64,000 nucleotides of DNA, from IMG/VR virus record IMGVR_UViG_3300045988_159911. The stretch is one strand, 5' to 3'. The DNA comes from a virus. The notes under the pieces are model-generated. The model was not told the DNA's origin and did not search any database. It saw only the letters and a program-made list of their open reading frames with translations. This document shows, piece after piece, positions 1-9,722 of the stretch; the stretch's first letter is position 1, and each line of letters starts with the position of its first letter. The translations under genes were made by a program, and so were the position numbers.

Positions 1-306
1 GCTTTTTCATCAATGTGTTCTGGCAGAGGAAGCTGTACCATTACGCCGTGAATATCGTCACGATAAGCAAACCTTTCTACTGCCGAGATAACATCCTCGG
101 TGGTCGAGGTACTTGTCATATGTAAAGTCTCGCTGTGAAAACCTACTTCATCGCAAGCCTTGCATTTATTGTTGACATAGGTCATTGATGCAGGATTATC
201 ACCAACAACAATGACAGCGAGGCCGGGTGTGAAGCCAAGCTCACCTACGCGCTTACGAAGGTCGCGTCTAATATGCTTTGAGAGTGCTTTACAATCAATA
301 ACCATA
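1..306 (-). CDS. folD: Methylenetetrahydrofolate dehydrogenase/cyclohydrolase FolD, N-terminal part only; the gene runs off the window start
   Basis: Reverse-strand translation from the ATG at 306 gives MVIDCKALSKHIRRDLRKRVGELGFTPGLAVIVVGDNPASMTYVNNKCKACDEVGF...VMVQLPLPEHIDEK, matching the FolD N-terminal pattern (GxTPxLAVIxVGDxPAS, QLPLP). Confidence 0.6.
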
Positions 307-309
307 GGC

Positions 310-492
310 TTACACCGACTTGATATAGAGCCCACAATGGCACACACCCTCGCCCATCTCACGGAACTCCTTGCACATACACTTTGTATCCTCGTTCTTT
401 ACAAGACTGCAGGGGCAATAGCCGCCATTATCCTTCAACTTACGCTTGATCTCAGCGGCGTACTCCTTATCGGGGGTTACTGTGATACGCAT
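310..492 (-). CDS. Small Cys-rich protein with a CPC...CxC...CHC arrangement, resembling the ferredoxin-thioredoxin reductase catalytic subunit
   Basis: 60 aa containing GGYCPCSLVKNEDTKCMCKEF...GVCHCGLY; ATG at 492. Confidence 0.35.
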   Translation of the reverse strand: MRITVTPDKEYAAEIKRKLKDNGGYCPCSLVKNEDTKCMCKEFREMGEGVCHCGLYIKSV

Positions 493-758
493 GACTTCTT
501 CTCCTCTCTCAGCTCGTCAAGGAAATCTGACAGCGCCTCATACTCTTCGTCGGTAATATCTTCCATGAAGATGTTGTCATTGTAACGGACATATCCGCAC
601 TGCTTCAGGAAGATGTTGAACTGCTTACCGATCACATCAAGCTCCGTTTCACCGAGGTCGGAGAACACTTCGACAGAGGACTCCTGCGAGAACCTGTCGT
701 TAAACTCGTTCACCAAATGAAAGCCGATAGTCAGCTTGTTGTCCTTATCCATACACAT
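477..758 (-). CDS. Hypothetical acidic protein
   Basis: 93-aa ORF in the same minus-strand gene array, ending 4 nt before the next ORF. Confidence 0.35.
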   Translation of the reverse strand: MCMDKDNKLTIGFHLVNEFNDRFSQESSVEVFSDLGETELDVIGKQFNIFLKQCGYVRYNDNIFMEDITDEEYEALSDFLDELREEKKSCVSQ

Positions 759-764
759 TCTCCT

Positions 765-989
765 TTACTTGTCCTTGTCTTTTACAATGCTGACCGCAAT
801 AGCTCCGGCAACAATTAGGGCAATAATACCAATGAGCTCAGACACAAAGAGCGGCGACATAACCCAATACCACTTCCATGTGATCACATCGCAGGCGCGA
901 AGAACACAGAACAGCATGGTAAGAAAGTAGCAGAGATCGTGGACGGCCTTACCAAGCGAAGCCCCTACGCTTTTATTCTCATTTCTCAT
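765..989 (-). CDS. Small membrane protein
   Basis: 74 aa with two hydrophobic helices (LCYFLTMLFCVLRA, LIGIIALIVAGAIAVSIV). Confidence 0.35.
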   Translation of the reverse strand: MRNENKSVGASLGKAVHDLCYFLTMLFCVLRACDVITWKWYWVMSPLFVSELIGIIALIVAGAIAVSIVKDKDK

Positions 990-1003
990 ATTTCATATCT
1001 CCA

Positions 1004-1489
1004 TTAGCTGATTTTTACAGCATACTGATTGTCAGACACAAGGTTTACGCCAAGCACCTCGTCTCGATGCGGCGTTTGATTGGGGCGAAAACGCCCAAAT
1101 TTGATGATGATATTCTCAAACTCAGAAAGCAGCTTAACCTCATCTTCAACTTCATCCTGTGTATAGCCAGTGTAGATGACAACATCATCGTTACAGTTAA
1201 ACACATTGCGAAGCATCCAAATAAGCTTACGAACTTCCTTCACCTGTTCAAAAGGCTCCAAGCCGCCAATCACGATTGCATTTGTCAATGGATTGGCGAG
1301 ATACCTCATGCAGATTTCCCTATCAGATAGAACGACGGGGGCGCAGGAGCGCCACCCGTCATTTTGACATACGGACAAAGGAATACCCGCTTCGGTACAA
1401 CATTTGCCATTGCATGAGATTGTGCCAATGAACATAGAGGGTTTTCTGTAGTTGACGAAATCTTCATCAACGATTGTTTTTACCCTCAT
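1004..1489 (-). CDS. nrdG: Anaerobic ribonucleotide reductase activating protein, NrdG-like
   Basis: GGLEPFEQVKEVRKLIWMLRN...VVIYTGYTQDEVED resembles the T4 NrdG core (GGDPL...WVWTGYKLDEL). Cys cluster CNGKCCTEAG. Start at the internal ATG 1489, which overlaps the nrdD stop as ATGA. Confidence 0.55.
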   Translation of the reverse strand: MRVKTIVDEDFVNYRKPSMFIGTISCNGKCCTEAGIPLSVCQNDGWRSCAPVVLSDREICMRYLANPLTNAIVIGGLEPFEQVKEVRKLIWMLRNVFNCNDDVVIYTGYTQDEVEDEVKLLSEFENIIIKFGRFRPNQTPHRDEVLGVNLVSDNQYAVKIS

Positions 1490-3402
1490 TCTTTCATTGC
1501 CTCCGCATAGGAATACCACTGGCGAGTGTTAAACTCACGGAAGCGGTCTTTGGAATATGCTCTTGAGGGAACGAGGTAACCAACGATTCGCTGATATGTA
1601 TCAAATACAGGTTCACCACAGACAGGGCAATGATCTGTGCCAACAAAGCCGTGATGGTTCTTGCACTCGTTGATGCGTGTGTTGAATGCAAAGTAAATTA
1701 CACCAGACTGCGCGATCTTGTTGAGCATCTGCCAAGCGGTATCTGTATTGGGGAAATTTGCCTCCAGATTGATGTGTGCAATACTACCACCGGAACACTT
1801 TTCATCCAGAATGGAGCAAAGGCGCAGCTTCTCCTGAATGGTGCATTTCTCAGACAGAGGAATCCACTGGTTTGAGTAAATAAACTTCTCGTCCAGATCG
1901 TAGATCACATTGTCCTTCTGGCACAGAATGATAGCAGCACGCTCTGCAGGAACGCTCTCAATATTGAAAGAATAGTCATCGGTGAAGCTATCCTTGACTT
2001 CATTGAGAACCTCGAAGATTTTGCTTGCGAATGCAACACCCTCATCAGTATAGCTCACATAACCGAACTCGTCGGTAGTTGTGTAGCCAAACTTTTCGAT
2101 AACCTCGTACAGACCGAGAATACCCATTGTGCAATACTGCTTATCCATCTCAACTGCACCGTCCTGATAGTTGGGAAGCAGACCCTTTTCCACATTACGC
2201 GCAATGATGTGGCGCACGGTATCAAGAGTCTTGCAGCAAAGCAGAGCACGCTTCTTGAGCAGAGCAAGATATTTCTTCTCGTCACACTCAGTCTCAAGAG
2301 CAATACGCATCAGATTGATGGTGTTAACCTTGACAGAACCGATGGACAGTGCAGTACCACCGATGGAGTTGATAAAGGCGTTCAGCTTGGAAGTGTCAGA
2401 CAGCAATCTGCAGCAGTTTGAGAGTGTATTGACATCTCCGCTGATGAAGAAATTGCTGTCATTCCAAGTGGTATTATGGTCAGAGCACCAACGGGCAAAC
2501 TCTTCGTCCACAAACTTACCGTCTCGGTACAGCAGGCTGTAGGTCAGCACAGGGAATGTAAACATATTCTCGCTGCGGATCTGCGACACAACTTCCATAA
2601 ACATCTTCTGGTGTTCGATCAGTTCTTCCACGCAGTCGATGACATAAGTACCATCGGGATACTGTACGCCGCCAAACAGGGACTCAATGTAGTTATGGTC
2701 AAAGATAGATACATTGACAAAAGCGGTCTGGTCGATACGCATGAAAGGCTGATTGAGACGATAGATGAACTTCTGGAAGCACTGACGGATATAGTAGTCT
2801 TTATCCTTGATGATATATCCGTTTTCACAATCCTTCTTCCAGAAGTAGTAAGTCCAGATCAGCACATTGGGGATGCCGACGGCACCGGAAGAACGATTGC
2901 TCATGTAGCTGATATACTCAATCACATCGTCCATAAATGTGGTGAGGTGTTTGGGTGCCTGATTGTTATAGTTCTTGAGGAAGAACAGACCTTCAGTTGC
3001 CAGGCGAGTCAGATCATAAGCGTAGCAATAAGGCAGATATGTAGAAGTAGATGCATCGTGTAGATAGAAGCCGCCATTGTATTCGGTTTCCAGCCACTCT
3101 TTTGCGGTACGCAGATTATAGCGTTTCTTCATCTCATAGAAGATTTTGTTGAATGCAAACAGCTTGTCCAGAGACTTACCCTTTTCATTCAGCAGGCTAC
3201 GGATATCCTTGTTTGATGCGTTGGCATTAGCATCAATAGTAACATCTGCAACATTCTTATCGATAAACCCATCGATAAAGTCGGAGAAGTTAAGCTGAGT
3301 TTCATGGAAGCCGTTAAGGAACTCAAAGTCTTCTCCGTATCGTTCGTTCAGCGCATACATCGCTTTTTCAAAGTCTTTGTTCATTTTAATAGGAATGTTC
3401 AT
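1486..3402 (-). CDS. nrdD: Anaerobic ribonucleoside-triphosphate reductase NrdD
   Basis: 638 aa; C-terminal zinc and glycyl-radical region GFVGTDHCPVCGEP...RIVGYLVPSRAYSKDRFREF is typical of class III RNR. Confidence 0.85.
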   Translation of the reverse strand: MNIPIKMNKDFEKAMYALNERYGEDFEFLNGFHETQLNFSDFIDGFIDKNVADVTIDANANASNKDIRSLLNEKGKSLDKLFAFNKIFYEMKKRYNLRTAKEWLETEYNGGFYLHDASTSTYLPYCYAYDLTRLATEGLFFLKNYNNQAPKHLTTFMDDVIEYISYMSNRSSGAVGIPNVLIWTYYFWKKDCENGYIIKDKDYYIRQCFQKFIYRLNQPFMRIDQTAFVNVSIFDHNYIESLFGGVQYPDGTYVIDCVEELIEHQKMFMEVVSQIRSENMFTFPVLTYSLLYRDGKFVDEEFARWCSDHNTTWNDSNFFISGDVNTLSNCCRLLSDTSKLNAFINSIGGTALSIGSVKVNTINLMRIALETECDEKKYLALLKKRALLCCKTLDTVRHIIARNVEKGLLPNYQDGAVEMDKQYCTMGILGLYEVIEKFGYTTTDEFGYVSYTDEGVAFASKIFEVLNEVKDSFTDDYSFNIESVPAERAAIILCQKDNVIYDLDEKFIYSNQWIPLSEKCTIQEKLRLCSILDEKCSGGSIAHINLEANFPNTDTAWQMLNKIAQSGVIYFAFNTRINECKNHHGFVGTDHCPVCGEPVFDTYQRIVGYLVPSRAYSKDRFREFNTRQWYSYAEAMKE

Positions 3403-3412
3403 AGTTCACCTC

Positions 3413-3613
3413 TCACTGTTTATTGACCCATTCGTTCGCCTGCCCAAAGGCAAGCAGTTCGCCGTCAACAGACAGGACGGGAACTTGACTGATGCCCATT
3501 GCAAGCATCTTGTCTACGGAGTTTTCTTCCGCATAAGCGATAGATTTGGCGTCAAGCTTCTGCTTCAGCACACAGCAGCGAGGACAGCCATTTGAATAAA
3601 GAATTACTTCCAT
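3413..3613 (-). CDS. nrdH: Glutaredoxin-like protein NrdH
   Basis: MEVILYSNGCPRCCVLKQKL...VPVL thioredoxin fold with a CPRC active site. RBS TAGGAGG upstream of the ATG at 3613. Confidence 0.7.
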   Translation of the reverse strand: MEVILYSNGCPRCCVLKQKLDAKSIAYAEENSVDKMLAMGISQVPVLSVDGELLAFGQANEWVNKQ

Positions 3614-3624
3614 ACGCATTCCTC

Positions 3625-4329
3625 CTATACTTCGTCTGCCCACTGGCTGATCCAGCTACGGTAGTTCTGCGTCAGTTTGCAGATTGCCACCCTGTCCTTT
3701 TCTTCAAAGTGTTTGATATAGGTGGTAAAACCGCTGTCCTCTGGATTGTCCAGATCGCACTGAAGCTCGTGACCAATCACGATGACCTTTGCCTTTTTGC
3801 CAATGCGGGTAAGAACCTTTTTAAGCTGCGGAACTGTGAAGTTCTGCGCTTCGTCGATAATAATAACGGCGTTGTTCAGATTGGAGCCGCGCAGGAATGT
3901 ATCAGTAATACAGGTTACAAACCCTGTGCCGTTCTTCTGATTGACCATACTGTCCGTGTTAATGGCAGTATTGATATTTACATTGCACTCCACCAACGCC
4001 TGATAAAGTGCTTCAAAGTACACAGACGATTTCTCTGTGATTGTACCGGGAAGCCAACCTTGCTTACGCTCTCCATATGGAGACATGATGTAGATCAGCT
4101 CGTCAAAGAACCCATAATGAACAAGCAAGTTTGCAACACCAACGGCGATGGTGGTTTTACCTGTACCCGCCTTGGCATCAACAAACACAATGTCAATGTC
4201 TGGGTTCCAAATTGCATTTGCAAAAGTGAGCTGTTCTTCATCAAGCTGCAGCCCATAAAAAGCATCGCCAATAGACTTAGGCGGCCTATCGGACGAGAAA
4301 TCGGTTGTGTTTTTCTTCTTCGATGCCAT
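3625..4329 (-). CDS. phoH: PhoH-like ATPase
   Basis: Walker A VFVDAKAGTGKTTIAVG; PhoH-family layout. RBS AAGGAGG before the ATG at 4329. Confidence 0.75.
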   Translation of the reverse strand: MASKKKNTTDFSSDRPPKSIGDAFYGLQLDEEQLTFANAIWNPDIDIVFVDAKAGTGKTTIAVGVANLLVHYGFFDELIYIMSPYGERKQGWLPGTITEKSSVYFEALYQALVECNVNINTAINTDSMVNQKNGTGFVTCITDTFLRGSNLNNAVIIIDEAQNFTVPQLKKVLTRIGKKAKVIVIGHELQCDLDNPEDSGFTTYIKHFEEKDRVAICKLTQNYRSWISQWADEV

Positions 4330-4342
4330 GAGTCTGCCCTCC

Positions 4343-4987
4343 TTAAATGATGTCGTTGATTGTGCAGTCCTCACCAATGATATAGTCGGTTACGCCGAGC
4401 TTCTTTGCTTCATCAGCGAACATATACCATTCCTTACGCATCTGTGAATCGTACATTTCAGAGGTAATCTCTGTTCTGGAGAGCACATACTGCTTAATGC
4501 GCTCTTCCATTCGCTTGTTAAACTCCATCTGATCCTGAGCCTTTGCACCGGAGTTATAGATAAACTGGGAACCGTCGTGCATCAGGAACTTTGCATGGGG
4601 CATTGCAAAGCGCTTGTGACCGGCAAGACCGATCAGAAAACCCATTGAATACTGATATCCCTGATTGATAACATAAACAGGAGTTTCACTACTGAGAATC
4701 ACATCAATCAGCGCAAAACCTGCATCAACATCACCACCATTGGAAGTGACATACAAAATGATAGGCTTGCGGTCTTCACGGGCAACCCCCATGTCCTCTC
4801 TGTTGATCTGCATGATGTGACGAATGGCATCATCAACTGTCTCCTGACAGATGTTTGTTGAAATGAACAGCTTACGCTGTTTAAGGTCTCTCAGATAGAA
4901 AACATCTTCAACAAAGCCACTCTTAAGCAGTGCCTCTTCAAACTCGATTTCGATATCGTAGTAGGTATCCGAGTTTCTCTTATCCAT
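4343..4987 (-). CDS. ClpP-family serine protease
   Basis: ILYVTSNGGDVDAGFALIDVI...YSMGFLIGLAG...AKFLMHDG matches ClpP Ser/His motif spacing. RBS AAGGAGG. Confidence 0.6.
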   Translation of the reverse strand: MDKRNSDTYYDIEIEFEEALLKSGFVEDVFYLRDLKQRKLFISTNICQETVDDAIRHIMQINREDMGVAREDRKPIILYVTSNGGDVDAGFALIDVILSSETPVYVINQGYQYSMGFLIGLAGHKRFAMPHAKFLMHDGSQFIYNSGAKAQDQMEFNKRMEERIKQYVLSRTEITSEMYDSQMRKEWYMFADEAKKLGVTDYIIGEDCTINDII

Positions 4988-5006
4988 AGTAATTGCCCTC
5001 CTTGTG

Positions 5007-5564
5007 TTATCTCTGCGAAAGCTCGCAGATTTTCGTATATGCTTCGCTCCAGTTCATAACGCGAGTTATGCCGTTTGCTTCGGCATTAAACTTGCGGTTG
5101 TGCGGAGCATCCATCAGCAGCTTTTCATAACTGCCGCCAACCAAATTATGTACTCCATCATCTACGAGCACATCGCCGTTAACGAGCTGTTTATGTGCTG
5201 TGATAATGACATCGTCCCATGTGAACATGGGGAAATAACGAAACAGGACATTGTCCATTTTGGATTTAAGTGCCCTGTAGTCAGATGTTGTAACAATTAG
5301 GACTCTGTGACCATTGTCCTTTAGCTTTTGGAGATACTTTGCGGCATCCTCAAAAGGTTTCACCGTCTTCCAGAAATCGTCCTCATGTAATGGTGCATAT
5401 ACCTGTGATTGGGGAATTTCGGGGAAGAACAAAGATACATCCCATTCGGTCACATCGTCCTTTTTCACGGATGTACCGTGATGTGTGTTGAGATAGTCGA
5501 CCCATGCTGTAAGGAGACCCTCAATTGTGTCGTCCATGTCAACAAGCACAGTCAAATTCTTCAT
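5007..5564 (-). CDS. 5'(3')-deoxyribonucleotidase, HAD superfamily
   Basis: MKNLTVLVDMDDTIEGLLTAWVDYLN carries the HAD motif I (DxDxT) in an NT5C-like context. Internal ATG at 5564 has RBS GCGAGGTGG. Confidence 0.55.
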   Translation of the reverse strand: MKNLTVLVDMDDTIEGLLTAWVDYLNTHHGTSVKKDDVTEWDVSLFFPEIPQSQVYAPLHEDDFWKTVKPFEDAAKYLQKLKDNGHRVLIVTTSDYRALKSKMDNVLFRYFPMFTWDDVIITAHKQLVNGDVLVDDGVHNLVGGSYEKLLMDAPHNRKFNAEANGITRVMNWSEAYTKICELSQR

Positions 5565-7098
5565 GTTCCACCTCGCAATACTCAGGAAGATTTGCTCTAA
5601 CCAAAGCGGTTGCAACAGGTGGAGTAACTGCGTTTCCACATCTTGCTACCTGCTTTGTCTTGGAATATGCGTGACCGTCAGCGTCTCTGTCGATGATATA
5701 TTCTTCCGGGAAGCCCTGTGCATTGAACAACTCACGGGGCTGAAGCATTCTCATACGAATATCGGTAATTATGTATTCTTCTCCATGAATGGTAACGAGC
5801 GCAAAACGGTCTCGCGTTGTTACGGTGTCCAATGGCTCGTCCACGGGTTTTGCGGCGCCATTAGAGAAATACTTTACAAGGAATGCCTGCACTTCTGCAT
5901 GATGTGCTCCGCTGCAGGATACCGTTGTCAAAGGTTCGTCAATCAACTGCCCGTCCATATTGTTGCGAAGCGTGAGAATATGTGCAGTGACAAGACTGTT
6001 GTGGTCTTTCGCTGTCACAGTATCCAGAGGAGTATCTGCTGCAGTTCCTGCGCCGTTGTAGTAACCGGCATAATTCTTCATCACATAGGCAACAGACAAC
6101 GCATAGCGCGGACTTGTATCGACTGTCATAAGCGGCTCTGTCAGTTCTTGCCCACGAACCTCAGCATCAGATTGTTCGCTATGATACTGGATCAGCGTAG
6201 GTGCAACTGCCGGCTGCTCGCCAGAGTTAATGATGAACGGATTGGGGTTGTCGATAACAAACTTTTTGATACCTCTTGCGATACGACGCATGGTGTTCTC
6301 CGCCAAAGGTTTGTCGCGTTCAAAAATGCTCTGTGCAGGGATGCTCCAATCGATACATTCTGCGGCAGTTCTGTAGGGTTTCAGCTTGCCAGACTTAACC
6401 TCTTTGCTATTTTTGGGTGCGTGGGTAGGCTTTGCCCAAACGATAGGCTTACCATCACATCGAGCAATCATATAGAATCGTGTTCTTGTTGTGGGTGCGC
6501 CATAATCGCATGACATTAGCTCGCGGTACTCAACCTTATACCCAAGGCCATTGGAGAGCTTGTCTGCTTCTTCGCTATCAATGTCAATACGGAGAGCATT
6601 ACAACACTCAATAAAAGCGGGGTGTTCTTTGCTCAACCCCGTTGTTAGAATTTTGATAAACCCATTAAAGGTTTCTCCACTTCTCTCTTTAATAGGGCGG
6701 TTATCTTCACCAAGAGGGCACCATGTCTGGATCTCAGGGACATTCTCCAACATAATGACTCTTGGGCGAACCATAAGTGCCCATCTGATGGAAACCCATG
6801 CAAGACCACGAATGTTGTTATCCACGGGTTTACCACCCTTGGCACGACTGAAATGTTTGCAGTCTGGAGAGAACCATGCCAAAGCAACAGGTCTGCCCTC
6901 GCAAGCTTCGATTGGGTCTACTTCCCAAACATCTTCACAGTAGTGTTTGCTGTTGGGGTGGTTTGCTCTGTGCATGGCAATAGCGTCAGGATCATGGTTG
7001 ATAGCAATGTCAACATTTCTGCCGATTGCAATTTCAATGCCGGTTGATGCGCCGCCACCGCCTGCAAAGTTATCTACAAAAATCTCGTTTCTTCTCAT
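5539..7098 (-). CDS. DNA (cytosine-5)-methyltransferase
   Basis: Motif I FAGGGGASTGIE; PC-like motif FSPDCKHFS; ENV motif IMLENVPEI; motif VIII TTRTRFY; motif X GNAVTPPV. Start ATG 7098 with RBS AAAGGGG. Confidence 0.8.
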   Translation of the reverse strand: MRRNEIFVDNFAGGGGASTGIEIAIGRNVDIAINHDPDAIAMHRANHPNSKHYCEDVWEVDPIEACEGRPVALAWFSPDCKHFSRAKGGKPVDNNIRGLAWVSIRWALMVRPRVIMLENVPEIQTWCPLGEDNRPIKERSGETFNGFIKILTTGLSKEHPAFIECCNALRIDIDSEEADKLSNGLGYKVEYRELMSCDYGAPTTRTRFYMIARCDGKPIVWAKPTHAPKNSKEVKSGKLKPYRTAAECIDWSIPAQSIFERDKPLAENTMRRIARGIKKFVIDNPNPFIINSGEQPAVAPTLIQYHSEQSDAEVRGQELTEPLMTVDTSPRYALSVAYVMKNYAGYYNGAGTAADTPLDTVTAKDHNSLVTAHILTLRNNMDGQLIDEPLTTVSCSGAHHAEVQAFLVKYFSNGAAKPVDEPLDTVTTRDRFALVTIHGEEYIITDIRMRMLQPRELFNAQGFPEEYIIDRDADGHAYSKTKQVARCGNAVTPPVATALVRANLPEYCEVEHEEFDCAC

Positions 7099-7099
7099 G

Positions 7100-7672
7100 T
7101 TATGCCCCTTTATATCCCGCAACCTCATTACCCCAACAGTCGAAACCGTTTCGCTCTGTGCGGGCATACAGTTCGATTTTCTTTGCATCGGGATACAAGC
7201 GGTTGATAATCTCAAAAGAAACTTCCGGTTTCTGACTGTGGCGCTTCACCTGTTCTGTAAAAACAGAATGAATCTTGCCACGCTCGTCTTTGTCAACCGG
7301 AAGAAGTTTACCTTTATACATATAGAGCAGATACTCGTGACCGAAACGGATGGTAAAGGCGGCGGGAATCCCCGTCACCTTGTTCCATACCATTCTTGCG
7401 TGGAGCTTATAACCCAGATCTCTTGCGATCTGCTCTGCTTCAAACAGGTACTTATCAATCGTCCACAGGAACAGAACGGCGTTGTCTTCCGTATGCTCAT
7501 TTGCCTTTGCCAAATGCTCTTTAATTTCTTCGAGCGTGCATACAGGGTAATCCAAAGGCTCGCCGCTTGAGTTCTTGCGTACTGATTTCTTACCGCCCTT
7601 ACTCTGTTTCCAAGGCGGGTCGGCAACGATCAGATCATACTTTTGATCTGTGTCATAAATATCCACGAACAT
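7100..7672 (-). CDS. N6-adenine DNA methyltransferase, MT-A70-like
   Basis: MFVDIYDTDQKYDLIVADPPW... carries the DPPW catalytic motif. Confidence 0.7.
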   Translation of the reverse strand: MFVDIYDTDQKYDLIVADPPWKQSKGGKKSVRKNSSGEPLDYPVCTLEEIKEHLAKANEHTEDNAVLFLWTIDKYLFEAEQIARDLGYKLHARMVWNKVTGIPAAFTIRFGHEYLLYMYKGKLLPVDKDERGKIHSVFTEQVKRHSQKPEVSFEIINRLYPDAKKIELYARTERNGFDCWGNEVAGYKGA

Positions 7673-7675
7673 GAC

Positions 7676-8239
7676 TTAACCCCCGATCTCAGCAAAAGAG
7701 AGCTGATGGCAGCCATTGATCTCTGTGATCAGACCAGAAATGGTGTCACGCAGGTCGTTAAGTGTTCCGTAGTTATTGATGTAATGGTCGGGCAGAACAT
7801 TATCCAAAGCTGTTTCAGACGGATGTTTCTGCTGCTCAGGCGTAAGAGGACTGACGAAGTTCTGACGGATAACACGCATATGAATAACATCAAATCCATG
7901 TTCCTTCAGATAGTCGACCTCGTTGGGAAACCTGCTGTCAGGGATCAGCACATAATCCCATTCGCCATCAAAGAACTTAAGGATATCGGCAACAAATGAA
8001 ACCCAGTAGTCGGGCTCCTGTCTGCGAATCACATCGGTTCCGATGCGTTGCAGAAGACTTCTGCCATAGACATCCTTTTCACCATTCCAATCGAAAAATG
8101 TTTTGCATATGTATTTGACCAGATCGCCGTAATGAGCAATCAGGACTTTATATCCATCAGCCTCCAACATCATCTTGAGCAGGCTGGCTGAGGTATCCTT
8201 TCCATGTTGAGCCTTGCCGGAAATACAGATTACTTTCAT
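7676..8239 (-). CDS. P-loop kinase, phage dNMP kinase-like
   Basis: MKVICISGKAQHGKDT Walker A. The ATG at 8239 overlaps the upstream stop (ATGA). Confidence 0.45.
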   Translation of the reverse strand: MKVICISGKAQHGKDTSASLLKMMLEADGYKVLIAHYGDLVKYICKTFFDWNGEKDVYGRSLLQRIGTDVIRRQEPDYWVSFVADILKFFDGEWDYVLIPDSRFPNEVDYLKEHGFDVIHMRVIRQNFVSPLTPEQQKHPSETALDNVLPDHYINNYGTLNDLRDTISGLITEINGCHQLSFAEIGG

Positions 8240-8919
8240 GCTGTCACCTCGCGGCGCGGCATCATACCGCAGGTGTACTTTTCCTTGCAGAAGCCATACA
8301 GTTTGCACTTAGGCATAAAGTAATGGTCAACAAGGTAAGCCCATTCTTCTGAATACTCACGCAGAGCGTTGCACACATCACCAAAAACCTTGCGGTACTC
8401 GTGATAAGCTCTCGTACACATTCTCTGGTGAGACATATCGATCAGATTGCGAGCGTTGTGCTTACAAACAATCTTTGTTTCCATGCCGAGAGGAAGACCC
8501 AAAGCGGAGTCTTCGCGGGGAACACCCAGTGACTCAAGCTCCTGCAGTGCATTTGTGATATACAGCATCAAATCATCATAGACTGCCAACGCGGCTGCAT
8601 TCTTTTCGATGTTGGGCGGTGTGACATAGTCAAAACCCTTTTGGTAGTTGATGTATCTTGTGCTTGCCTGCAGACGAGTAGGAGCGCCACCAATGTGTGT
8701 GTACCACTCGCGAATTACTCGTGCAGAGTAACCATCGAGAACCATGTAAACATCGGGGAACTCAATCGTTCTGCCGTGGTCGTTCTCAAGGCACTCAATG
8801 CCTCGCTTATAGTTCTTCTTCTGGTCTGTTGTATCTGCGCCCCAACAATAGCCGGCTTCTGCGCCAATCATGCTAATAGGGTTCTTAGTTGTGTAGTCCT
8901 GGATAATGACTTTTCCCAT
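8236..8919 (-). CDS. ThyX-like (flavin-dependent thymidylate synthase fold) protein lacking the canonical RHR motif
   Basis: Blocks align with ThyX (ISMIGAEAGYCWG, STRY, GVPRE...LPLG...NARNL...R.YHEY), but the RHR position reads THI. Start ATG 8919 with RBS AAGGCAGG. Confidence 0.45.
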   Translation of the reverse strand: MGKVIIQDYTTKNPISMIGAEAGYCWGADTTDQKKNYKRGIECLENDHGRTIEFPDVYMVLDGYSARVIREWYTHIGGAPTRLQASTRYINYQKGFDYVTPPNIEKNAAALAVYDDLMLYITNALQELESLGVPREDSALGLPLGMETKIVCKHNARNLIDMSHQRMCTRAYHEYRKVFGDVCNALREYSEEWAYLVDHYFMPKCKLYGFCKEKYTCGMMPRREVTA

Positions 8920-8980
8920 GAAAAACCTGCCTTTCTTACAAACAGATGGATGAAAAAACGAACGGCTGCAAAACCGTTCG

Positions 8981-9274
8981 TTAATCATCTGCTCCATATT
9001 TTGCTACATAAGCATTGTTCTTGAACTCAATGCTCGCCTCGCGATCAAGCCACTGTTGATCGAACTGACTCCAAATAGGAATTGGTCTTCGGATAGTCAC
9101 CTTGATAGGCTCATTGGAAGCTGTCGCCTGTTCTACCAGTGCGATAAATCTCTGTTCCAACATAATCCTTGGTGCTTCCATTTCTTGCCGCTGCGTCACA
9201 TACGGCGTGGTAACTTCAAAGATGCAGTAGAAAACCTCAAGCTTCTCATGCAACGGCATTGAAACCACCACCAT
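8981..9274 (-). CDS. Hypothetical protein
   Basis: 97-aa ORF in the minus-strand array. Confidence 0.3.
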   Translation of the reverse strand: MVVVSMPLHEKLEVFYCIFEVTTPYVTQRQEMEAPRIMLEQRFIALVEQATASNEPIKVTIRRPIPIWSQFDQQWLDREASIEFKNNAYVAKYGADD

Positions 9275-9722
9275 TCAAAACGGACATCAGGTCATCTTCA
9301 TTGATATCGGCAAGCTCTTCTTCCTTTTGAGCCGCCGTATTCCATTGTCCGTAGTAATATCTCTCAAAGCCTTTGGGCGGTACAAGATCATCGACAATCA
9401 AGTCATTGTAAGGACGACGCGCCCACCACTGTGTTTCATAAACAGGTTTGTAATAATTTTCATCCGGCTCATTGAATACATAGATCTTGTCGTCTTCCAA
9501 TACATTTGGATTGTGAATAACCTGAATAGGAATGCCCATAAACCTGGCAACATACCCATCTCTGTTGATGTTAGGCTCCAAATATCTATCGGCACCCCAA
9601 TCGTCTGTAGCTTCGCGGCGAAGTTTTTCAAATGCTGCTTCACCGCAAAGAATCTTTGTAGGCGCTTTACCTGTCCCCGCCTCGAACTTATCAAGCATGA
9701 GAATAAGTTCGTCTGTCATCAT
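9246..9722 (-). CDS. Hypothetical protein
   Basis: 158-aa ORF, tightly packed with its neighbours. Confidence 0.35.
   Translation of the reverse strand: MMTDELILMLDKFEAGTGKAPTKILCGEAAFEKLRREATDDWGADRYLEPNINRDGYVARFMGIPIQVIHNPNVLEDDKIYVFNEPDENYYKPVYETQWWARRPYNDLIVDDLVPPKGFERYYYGQWNTAAQKEEELADINEDDLMSVLNGGGFNAVA

Noticed and set aside
211-585. 124-aa plus-strand ORF
   Set aside because: It lies antisense to the folD N-terminus and the Cys-rich gene, has a Ser/Leu-rich low-complexity translation, and has no RBS.
1004-1519. NrdG-like gene as a generic radical SAM or QueE-like enzyme
   Set aside because: Its C-terminal half aligns with T4 NrdG (GG.P....TGY..DE), and its start overlaps the nrdD stop. 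I kept the NrdG call even though the Cys motif (CNGKCC) is non-canonical.
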